A DNA stretch of 41,846 nt, taken from contig JBDRAY010000099.1 of assembly GCA_043823295.1 (NCBI GenBank), positions 1 through 41,846 on the forward strand, in the 5' to 3' direction. The notes under the pieces are model-generated. The model ran no database searches. It was not told the origin of the DNA and saw only the letters and a program-made list of their open reading frames with translations. Positions 34,416 to 41,249 of the stretch are shown here, one piece after another. Position numbers and translations under genes: made by a program. Source of the DNA: Methanobacteriota archaeon (GTDB lineage Archaea > Altiarchaeota > Altiarchaeia > IMC4 > SCGC-AAA252-I15). The stretch's first letter is position 1, and the number at the start of each line of letters is the position of its first letter.

Positions 34416-34742
34416 TTAACCGCACTGTTGGCTGTATATTAATGATACAACTTCTACTGCTATCAATACGATCACTAGTCCGACCACGGCGTGCACAATA
34501 CCTTCTTTGGCTTGCTTTCTCGCTCCAGGGTCGTCTGAGGATCCGATCCACTTGATACCGTTAATAACGATAACCAAGGTCGCAACAGCTCCGGCAATCA
34601 TCTCCAGAAGCCAGCGAATATTGTTCACTATAGAACATATTTGCTGTGCTGTTGTTTCGCTCCATGTTCCCACGGTCGCTTCAGTAGCCACCACGAAGGA
34701 GGCTAACAACAGAATGCCTAATAACGGCAACATTTTTTTCAT
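34416..34742 (-). CDS. VirB2/TrbC-like pilin candidate (divergent third short paralog)
   Basis: Signal peptide (MKKMLPLLGILLLASFVVATEA) then LLEMIAGAVATLVIVINGIKWIGSSDDPGARKQAKEGIVHAVVGLVIVLIAVEVVSLIY. This is the same helix-basic loop-helix layout as the other four modules. Confidence 0.5.
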   Translation of the reverse strand: MKKMLPLLGILLLASFVVATEATVGTWSETTAQQICSIVNNIRWLLEMIAGAVATLVIVINGIKWIGSSDDPGARKQAKEGIVHAVVGLVIVLIAVEVVSLIYSQQCG

Positions 34743-34881
34743 GTTTTAACTCACCTCTTATTTTTAGGGTAAAATATTGTTAAATATTGCTATCAGTCAT
34801 TTAAAAATACAAATTATAATTTTATAACGATTTTTTTCGTATGACTAGGGGCTTCTCCTTGGTTTTCACCCGGATTAATCT

Positions 34882-35163
34882 TCACCCCCCGTAATTACCG
34901 TAGGGGAACCACGGCTTCGAAACGACCCTTGAAACCGTGTCAATTAACTTCTCATGATCCTCAATTTTTCTCGACTCCACGAACTCAATGAACTCCCATT
35001 CCCTCGTTTTTATGAATCTGAAGGCCGCGTTAATAAGGTCACTTTGCCTCATCCTAACCCCTCTTTTAGCGAAGTATATGTTGAGGCTCTTGATTAACGT
35101 GACTGTTTCCAAGTCAACTCGTTGTGTGCTGTATTCTTTTTTATCCTTATTCTTTTTTTCCAT
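34882..35163 (-). CDS. Small DNA-binding protein candidate (ribbon-helix-helix-like)
   Basis: 93 aa. A basic N-terminus is followed by a strand-helix-turn-helix pattern QRVDLETVTLIKSLNIYFAKRGVRMRQSDLINAAFRFI. It lies upstream of, and on the same strand as, the third pilin gene. Confidence 0.4.
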   Translation of the reverse strand: MEKKNKDKKEYSTQRVDLETVTLIKSLNIYFAKRGVRMRQSDLINAAFRFIKTREWEFIEFVESRKIEDHEKLIDTVSRVVSKPWFPYGNYGG

Positions 35164-35202
35164 ATTAATATAATATTATAAAATTATAATATACTATCTA
35201 TC
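35164..35202. promoter_or_regulatory. AT-rich divergent promoter/operator candidate with a 12-nt palindrome
   Basis: TATAATATTATA (35169-35180) is a perfect palindrome. AAATTATAAT (35181-35190) recurs exactly at 34811-34820, where it is part of the palindrome AAATTATAATTT upstream of the pilin gene. The TATA-like elements lie 18-35 nt from both flanking ATGs. Confidence 0.35.
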
Positions 35203-35319
35203 ATGGAACTTAAAATACGGGATGACGTGTCTAAGCAGGATAAAATCTGGTTTGCGGGATTAATCCTTTTTCTGTTTTTTTGGATTTGGTTTGTATTTTA
35301 CAGTGGACTACTACTTTAA
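35203..35319 (+). CDS. Unannotated 38-aa small membrane protein candidate (below the ORF-track cutoff)
   Basis: ATG at 35203. Translation: MELKIRDDVSKQDKIWFAGLILFLFFWIWFVFYSGLLL*. It has a charged head and one aromatic-rich TM helix. It is divergent from the RHH-like gene and overlaps the 3' end of the convergent GT-C gene by 9 nt. Confidence 0.3.
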   Translation: MELKIRDDVSKQDKIWFAGLILFLFFWIWFVFYSGLLL

Positions 35320-36936
35320 GTTAGGATTCCTGTAGAAAACAAAATCCCCTCTCCGATAGCCTACAGGCCACTTATCTAATTGTGTTGAGAACTCAGTCAT
35401 TGATTCCTCTTTGTAAATCCAATCGAGCACTCCTTCAGGCAAAACAATATACTTTGCCGTAAGATATGAACTATTGTATGCGAAACGTGAAGCAGGAAGT
35501 TTTCTTCCAAAGTATGACACACTAATTCCTTCAGCAGCGAGTCCCTGGAATAATTCAGTGCCTTGGGCATTAATCTGCCGTGAAATGTGGCTGGTTGAAA
35601 GCACAACGTCATCTTGTTGGGTGTTGGCATTGAGGTATTTGGTAATCTCCTCTAATCCTTCCAAATCTTCCCTTTCAAGCCCACGACCTAAGACGAATGA
35701 ATTAACATCATAAATGAAAAGTATTGCGAAAGGATAGTATACTAAAATGAACAGAGTCACAATCCGGTTTCGATTAGTTCCGAAAAATTCGACTAATTTC
35801 GAGTAAACTCTCAGCAGAAGGACTGAAAGCCCTAAAGCGAAGTAAGGGTATGCGGGAAGTATCAGGTGGTCTGTTCTCCCGATTGCTAGTGTGAGGAGGA
35901 ATAGGGGTGTGAAAAAATACAGGAGTGCAACATCTTTTATCAGGAATAGGCCTAGTATTCCAATCCAGTAGTAGTCGAAGAATATGATGTCGTATCCCTT
36001 AAACAATAGGTCGTCGGAGTAGGGTGTTAGAGTCCTAACTGCGAGAATCAGGTTGATTAATATGACTAAATTAAACCGGCTTTGTCGAAGAATCCACTCT
36101 GAATACTTCCCAAAAGTAAACTTAATGTCTTTGACTGCAATAACCAGCAATTTATCGTAATATGCTCTAAGAAAAATCCCAAGCCTTCTCCTTGATGAAT
36201 AGATTAATGCAATAAATCCGAATGTCAGGGCGAAAATGACTATGGTGGGTGCGAACCTCTCTAAAGCATACTTCAAATCGAATAACAGTGCGCCACCGGC
36301 TGTTGAAAACAAGATTAGGATGTAAGTAATTGCGGGAAGACTTATTGAGATGTAAAACGCCTTGAACGCCTCTCTCCTCTCTCCTCTCACAAGCAAAATC
36401 CCGAGAACTGAGATTAAAAGTGCAACAGCAGTAAATTCCGTTAACAATGCAAGTGAAACTGAGAGATACGAGAGAATCCTAAGCTCACCCCCTCTAATGA
36501 AAAAGTATAGTGCAATTATGGAAAGCAGCATTAGCTGGGAGTTTGCGAACCCGACTCTCGTCCAATAAATATTCTCCGAGTAGATCGCGTAGAATAAACT
36601 AGCCGTAAGGCCGACTTTCGGTCCTGAAAGGGTTTTCCCGGTGTAATACAAAAAAATTGTTGTCAGAATACTCTGGAAGGCTGTGATTGATCGAAGGACT
36701 ATCACTTCATCCCCGAAAATCTTTAGAAAAAATCCCACTACCGCGAAAAAAAGCGGGGGGTGGGGTATGAACGGGTAGATAATAGAGTATAATCTCATCT
36801 CGCCGTTTGCAAGATTCCAAGACAATTCCATGTTGATTCCGTCATCCCAAAAGTAGTGTGGCAAGTCGGGAAGGTTTGTGAAAAGGAGCAATCCCTGAAG
36901 CAATAGGATCACACACAGGATTTTCTCGGGTTTCAT
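35311..36936 (-). CDS. GT-C fold glycosyltransferase (ArnT/PMT, GT39/83-like)
   Basis: 541 aa with about 11-12 TM helices. The first loop has an acidic motif (HYFWDDGINMELSWNL). The soluble C-terminal domain is as in dolichyl/undecaprenyl-phosphate-sugar-dependent transferases. Confidence 0.6.
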   Translation of the reverse strand: MKPEKILCVILLLQGLLLFTNLPDLPHYFWDDGINMELSWNLANGEMRLYSIIYPFIPHPPLFFAVVGFFLKIFGDEVIVLRSITAFQSILTTIFLYYTGKTLSGPKVGLTASLFYAIYSENIYWTRVGFANSQLMLLSIIALYFFIRGGELRILSYLSVSLALLTEFTAVALLISVLGILLVRGERREAFKAFYISISLPAITYILILFSTAGGALLFDLKYALERFAPTIVIFALTFGFIALIYSSRRRLGIFLRAYYDKLLVIAVKDIKFTFGKYSEWILRQSRFNLVILINLILAVRTLTPYSDDLLFKGYDIIFFDYYWIGILGLFLIKDVALLYFFTPLFLLTLAIGRTDHLILPAYPYFALGLSVLLLRVYSKLVEFFGTNRNRIVTLFILVYYPFAILFIYDVNSFVLGRGLEREDLEGLEEITKYLNANTQQDDVVLSTSHISRQINAQGTELFQGLAAEGISVSYFGRKLPASRFAYNSSYLTAKYIVLPEGVLDWIYKEESMTEFSTQLDKWPVGYRRGDFVFYRNPNLK

Positions 36937-36971
36937 CTGTTAAAATAACTTGAATCAAAAGAAATAAAATC

Positions 36972-38108
36972 ATGGAATATCCAGTTTACAGGAAAATCAT
37001 ACTATTATTCATAGTCACAAGAATCTATCTCACAGTAATAGGGTATGCCGCGGTCGAATCGATAAGCCCATACTATGAACCAGAACTGGCCTGGCAGGCA
37101 ACTCAAAGCCACCCCCTAGTAAACCTTTACGCGCGATGGGATTCTGGATGGTACCTGTCAATCGTGGACTTAGGGTACGTTGTAGACTCTTCAAGGTATC
37201 CTGGATACGTCGTTGACGAGGGAATCGATCTTGCCGCCAACAAAGCCTTCTTCCCCATGTATCCACTGCTAGTCAAAGTTCTGGGAAACCCCTTAAACGA
37301 CAATCTTCTAGCTGGAGTTATCTTATCAAACTTATTCTACCTGATAGCAATAGTCTTCCTCTACAAACTCGCAGCACTCGACTACTCGGAAAAAACAGCC
37401 CTCACCGCAGTGTTGTTTGCACTAGTGTATCCAGTAAACTTTATTTTATCCGGATTCTTCACGGAATCATTATTTCTGGCACTCACAATCTCGGCCTTCT
37501 ACTATGCGAGAAAAAACAGGTGGCCCCTCGCAGGAATGCTCGGATTCTTGTCAGCAATCACCCGCTCCTTAGGAGTCCTGATCATTATACCGCTATTATG
37601 GGAATTCGCTCACTCCAAAAAAACAAGAAGAAAAAGTGGGCTGTACCTGCTTCTCATACCATTCGGCCCATTAATCTTTTTCACATACCTCTACACTCTA
37701 ACAGGGGATCCCCTATCCTTTCTAAACACCCAAAAAATGCTTTTCACGACAGGATTTGCCAATCCAATAACACATTCAATAGAAATATTTCTCATATTTA
37801 TGAGCTCTCCAGACGCATGGAGCCGCTTAAGCTTTGTAATCTTCTCCGCGATTGCATTATACTACATGTTTAAATGGAAGTTTCGGCCAAGCTACATTCT
37901 GTACAGCCTATACACAATCCTTATGCCAGTAATCACAAAAAAAATATTTTCAATGCCAAGGTTCACACTAGTCGTATTCCCAATATACCTGTTTCTTGCG
38001 AAAGCATCTGAAAACGAAAAATGGGAGAAACCCCTATTAGGAACATCACTCTTTCTTATGACCCTGTTTATGATGCTCTGGGTTATCGGGACAACCCACA
38101 TAATCTAG
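36972..38108 (+). CDS. PIG-V-like (GPI mannosyltransferase 2 family) GT-C membrane glycosyltransferase
   Basis: The signatures RWDSGWYLSIVDLGY and NKAFFPMYPLLVKVL match the family pattern (.WD..wY..IA..GY / .afFPl.P). The protein is polytopic. Confidence 0.65.
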   Translation: MEYPVYRKIILLFIVTRIYLTVIGYAAVESISPYYEPELAWQATQSHPLVNLYARWDSGWYLSIVDLGYVVDSSRYPGYVVDEGIDLAANKAFFPMYPLLVKVLGNPLNDNLLAGVILSNLFYLIAIVFLYKLAALDYSEKTALTAVLFALVYPVNFILSGFFTESLFLALTISAFYYARKNRWPLAGMLGFLSAITRSLGVLIIIPLLWEFAHSKKTRRKSGLYLLLIPFGPLIFFTYLYTLTGDPLSFLNTQKMLFTTGFANPITHSIEIFLIFMSSPDAWSRLSFVIFSAIALYYMFKWKFRPSYILYSLYTILMPVITKKIFSMPRFTLVVFPIYLFLAKASENEKWEKPLLGTSLFLMTLFMMLWVIGTTHII

Positions 38109-38141
38109 TCTTAAATACATTAAAAACCTAATCATCATGGT

Positions 38142-38966
38142 ATGAGACGGCCTGATTTAAGCCCAAGGAAGATGGAACTTAAGGGCGATTACGTTAATGG
38201 TCTCTTAGGATTAGATCTAAGTGGTTCAGAGATTTCAGGGCTTCTAGAAAAAATGAGGTATGGGGTGGAGGAAAAAAACGGTGTTTTATCCGTCTCCGTC
38301 CCCGCCTACCGCACAGACGTCCTCCATCCAATGGACTTGGTCGAGGACGTGGCCATTGCATACGGATACCACAACTTCAATCCTCAAGACATAAACATAC
38401 ATCTTAAAGCTCGGGAGGATCCGACCGAAAAATACTCAACTCTAATGCGGGATGCGATAGTGGGCTTGGGATTTACCGAAGTCATGACTCTCATACTCAC
38501 AAACAAGGAAAATCTATTCACGAAAATGGAGTTCCCGCAAAAAGATGTGGTTGAAACCGAAAACCCTGCGTCAATCGAGCACTCTGTTTGCCGTAGCTGG
38601 CTTACGCCTTCCCTTATGACCGTCCTTGCCAAGAACAAGACTCGGGAGTTCCCGCAAAAAATATTTGAGGTTGGGGACGTCGTCCAATCCAAGGGAGGCA
38701 ACGGAAAAAATGTCGCATGCCTTCTGTCACATGCGAAAACCAACTTCTCAGAGATAAAGTCAATCTTTGAAGGATTATTACTCACCTTCAACGTTGAATT
38801 CGAGGTTAAACCTTCAACTCACCCGAGCTTTCTAGCAGGGCGTTGCGCTGAGACTGGATTCGGATTCTTCGGTGAAATACACCCTAAAGTAATCGAGAAC
38901 TTCGGTTTGGAGATGCCGGTGACGGGCTTTGAACTGCGGCTCGAAAAAATTTTCCCCGGTATCTGA
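38142..38966 (+). CDS. pheT: Phenylalanyl-tRNA synthetase beta subunit, C-terminal half only (B5 plus catalytic-like domain)
   Basis: The ORF begins at the B5 domain (VNGLLGLDLSGSEISGLLEKMRYGV...LSVSVPAYRTDVLHPMDLVEDVAIAYGYHNF) and runs to a normal C-terminus (..FGEIHPKVIENFGLEMPVTGFELRLEKI). Archaeal PheT is roughly twice this length. No N-terminal B3_4 part lies upstream, where the neighbour is an unrelated membrane gene. Confidence 0.75.
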   Translation: MRRPDLSPRKMELKGDYVNGLLGLDLSGSEISGLLEKMRYGVEEKNGVLSVSVPAYRTDVLHPMDLVEDVAIAYGYHNFNPQDINIHLKAREDPTEKYSTLMRDAIVGLGFTEVMTLILTNKENLFTKMEFPQKDVVETENPASIEHSVCRSWLTPSLMTVLAKNKTREFPQKIFEVGDVVQSKGGNGKNVACLLSHAKTNFSEIKSIFEGLLLTFNVEFEVKPSTHPSFLAGRCAETGFGFFGEIHPKVIENFGLEMPVTGFELRLEKIFPGI

Positions 38967-38973
38967 CGTAATC

Positions 38974-40062
38974 ATGGACTCTAAGCAAACCTATAAATTA
39001 AAGAAACTTATTCGCGAGTTGAAGGGCAAGCGCGGCCGCCACACAGAACTTATCACAGTTTACGTTCCTTCAGGCACTGATCTGAACCTTATCATGAGCC
39101 AGCTTGCAAGCGAGCAGGGTACTGCCACAAACATCAAGTCCAAGTCGACTCGGAAAAACGTCGTGGATGCTTTGGAAAAGTCCATGCAGCATCTTAAGCT
39201 TTATAAAAATACTCCGCCGAATGGATTGGCCTTGTTTTGTGGTAACGTGTCTGAGAGGGAGGGTGTACAGCAGATTGATTTGTGGGCGGTGGAGCCTCCC
39301 GAACCTCTTTCAGTCAGGATTTACAGGTGCGACCAAACCTTTGTAGTTGACCCTCTAGAGGCTCTTGTAACTCCTTCTGACGTTTGGGGTTTGATCGCAA
39401 TCGACAATAAGACTTCGACTCTCGCAACGCTTAAGGGAGACAACTACACCATACAAAAAAAACTTTCGTCTGGCTATCATGGAAAGCACAGGGCTGGAGG
39501 CCAGTCTGCCCGAAGGTTTGAGCGCCTTGTGGAAGAGCAGTCCCACGAATTTAAGAAGCGTGTTGGAGAATATGCCGAACAAATATTCTTACCTGAAATC
39601 AAAAACCTTAAGGGCCTTATTATCGGAGGGCCTGCTGGCACGAAAGACGATTTCGTGGAAGGGAGCTTCCTACATCACGAGCTCAAGAAGAAAATAGTTG
39701 CAGTGAAAGACATAACCTACACTGATGAATCCGGTATCAGGGAGCTTATCAACACAGCCCAAGACGACTTAGAGTCTGTTGCACTCGTCCACCAGAAGAT
39801 GCTAATGCAAAGGTTTATGAAAGGCTTGATCGGGGATGGTCAGGTGGCTTACGGGGCAGACGTTGAAAAAGCGTTGGATATGGGAGCCGTAGACACGCTG
39901 CTTCTCTCCGACACCTTGACTGAAGACGAGATTGACCGTCTGTATGAGCAAGCCTTGGAGACGAAAGTCACAGTCGAGATTGTCTCAGGCGGCTTCGAGG
40001 AAGGGTTCCAGTTGGCTAACACTTTCGGGGGTAAGGCTGGGTTGCTGAGGTTTAAAGTTTAG
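38974..40062 (+). CDS. prf1: Peptide chain release factor aRF1
   Basis: NIKS motif (GTATNIKSKSTR), YxCxxxF (YRCDQTF) and GGQ (KHRAGGQSARRF). I prefer the ATG at 38974 (MDSKQTYKLKKLI..) to the upstream in-frame ATG at 38929, which overlaps pheT. Confidence 0.9.
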   Translation: MDSKQTYKLKKLIRELKGKRGRHTELITVYVPSGTDLNLIMSQLASEQGTATNIKSKSTRKNVVDALEKSMQHLKLYKNTPPNGLALFCGNVSEREGVQQIDLWAVEPPEPLSVRIYRCDQTFVVDPLEALVTPSDVWGLIAIDNKTSTLATLKGDNYTIQKKLSSGYHGKHRAGGQSARRFERLVEEQSHEFKKRVGEYAEQIFLPEIKNLKGLIIGGPAGTKDDFVEGSFLHHELKKKIVAVKDITYTDESGIRELINTAQDDLESVALVHQKMLMQRFMKGLIGDGQVAYGADVEKALDMGAVDTLLLSDTLTEDEIDRLYEQALETKVTVEIVSGGFEEGFQLANTFGGKAGLLRFKV

Positions 40063-40073
40063 TTTAAGTTAAT

Positions 40074-40829
40074 ATGAAACCGGTGAAAAACTTTTTTCGA
40101 AGAATCATCCGCTGGTTTATGACGTGTAATCTTTTATCACCTTTAACAAGGGTTTTGGAAAGTTTTTCAGTTTATGTTATATCGTGTAGGAGTGGGGTGG
40201 TGATTCACTACGATTATCCCTGGCAGACTCCCGTATTTTCTCTGATAAACAAGATTAAGGGCGAGACCGACATGATCTTGAGCGTTCCAGAGGCCTACCA
40301 GATTTTTTGGGCTGTGAAAAGAACTGGTAAAATCAGGGGGGATGTTGCTGAAGTTGGCGTGTATAAGGGCGGTTCGGCGAAGTTGATCTGTGAGGCTAGG
40401 GGCGATAAGACCGTTCACCTGTTTGATACTTTTAAGGGTATACCAAGTGTCTGCGAATTTGACACCAACCGCTTCGTGTCTCCTGGAGAGTATGCCGCAT
40501 CTACAGAGGAAGTGAAAAGTTTCTTGAAGGAATATGAGGGCGTTCATTTTTATGAGGGGGTTTTTCCAGATTCCGCCGAGCCTGTTAAGGGGAAAAAGTT
40601 TTCCTTCGTCCACATTGACGTGGACACGTATGAAAGCACTCGGGATTGCCTGAGTTTTTTTTATCCTAGAATGAGCACGGGCGGGGTAATCATCGCCCAT
40701 GATTACTTATTGTCTCCTGGAGTGACAAAGGCGGTTGATGAATTCTTTGAAGATAAGGATGAACCCATACTCGAGTTGCCGAGATTCCAGTGCGCGATCG
40801 TGAAGACGCAATCATCTGGGAAAAAATAA
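40074..40829 (+). CDS. TylF/macrocin-O-methyltransferase-like class I SAM methyltransferase
   Basis: GDVAEVGVYKGGSAKLI (motif I), HLFDTFKGIP and HIDVDTYESTRDCLSFFYPRMSTGGVIIAHDY match the TylF-family pattern (E.GV.rGgs / DsFeG.P / D.DlYeSt...L...yp.l..GG.ii.DDy). Confidence 0.7.
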   Translation: MKPVKNFFRRIIRWFMTCNLLSPLTRVLESFSVYVISCRSGVVIHYDYPWQTPVFSLINKIKGETDMILSVPEAYQIFWAVKRTGKIRGDVAEVGVYKGGSAKLICEARGDKTVHLFDTFKGIPSVCEFDTNRFVSPGEYAASTEEVKSFLKEYEGVHFYEGVFPDSAEPVKGKKFSFVHIDVDTYESTRDCLSFFYPRMSTGGVIIAHDYLLSPGVTKAVDEFFEDKDEPILELPRFQCAIVKTQSSGKK

Positions 40830-40833
40830 ATGC

Positions 40834-41247
40834 TTAATCAATCCTGAGCCAGAAGTCTAAGTTTCCCACTTCCCTGTAGTGGTCTATAATATCTAAAAAG
40901 TAGTGTAAGAGTAATCCGAGTGCTAGTATGGCACTTTGGAAGTGTATTGTCAGATAAATCATGATGACTATCACCGGGATGTTATGAAGGATACAATATG
41001 AGACGACCCTCCTCCTGTTGATGTAATACACTCTATAGGCTTCCATGAATCTACCCTTAAACAATAATCCCCGGGCTTTCCTTACAGTGGGATTTTTCAG
41101 GGTCAATATGATAAACCCATGATCTAAAACGTCAACCCCAACAGTCAACACGACAGCCCAGATTAAGACTTCAATTCCAAGGGGGTGGAAGAAATTTACT
41201 GTAAGGTAGGCTAAAAACGTCGTTAAGACATGCATTAACGGATTCAT
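40834..41247 (-). CDS. Small polytopic membrane protein with His/Asp motifs (hypothetical)
   Basis: 137 aa with 4 predicted TM helices and conserved-looking DVLDH and LDIIDH motifs. The family is not assigned with confidence. Confidence 0.45.
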   Translation of the reverse strand: MNPLMHVLTTFLAYLTVNFFHPLGIEVLIWAVVLTVGVDVLDHGFIILTLKNPTVRKARGLLFKGRFMEAYRVYYINRRRVVSYCILHNIPVIVIMIYLTIHFQSAILALGLLLHYFLDIIDHYREVGNLDFWLRID

Positions 41248-41249
41248 AT

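Noticed and set aside
4544-34742. Interpretation of the small hydrophobic proteins as archaeal type IV pilins or archaellins.
   Set aside because: They have ordinary cleavable-type signal peptides, not class III (prepilin peptidase) signals. They have two helices instead of one N-terminal helix plus a beta domain. No PilB/FlaI ATPase, PilC/FlaJ platform or prepilin peptidase is present, and the neighbouring ATPase is VirB4-like.
4544-35163. Interpretation as an integrative conjugative element, plasmid remnant or provirus.
   Set aside because: I could find no integrase or recombinase, relaxase, VirD4-type coupling protein, replication initiator, capsid or terminase gene, flanking tRNA, or direct repeat in the window. 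Mobility remains possible but is unsupported by the visible sequence.
38929-38973. Upstream in-frame start of aRF1 (MNCGSKKFSPVSDVI...) and the TTG start at 3906 of the 213-aa ORF.
   Set aside because: Both extensions overlap the neighbouring gene and add non-conserved-looking residues. The internal ATGs (38974 and 3957) give N-termini typical of the proteins.
40167-40700. 177-aa minus-strand ORF.
   Set aside because: It is fully antisense to the TylF-like methyltransferase gene, which has strong family motifs.
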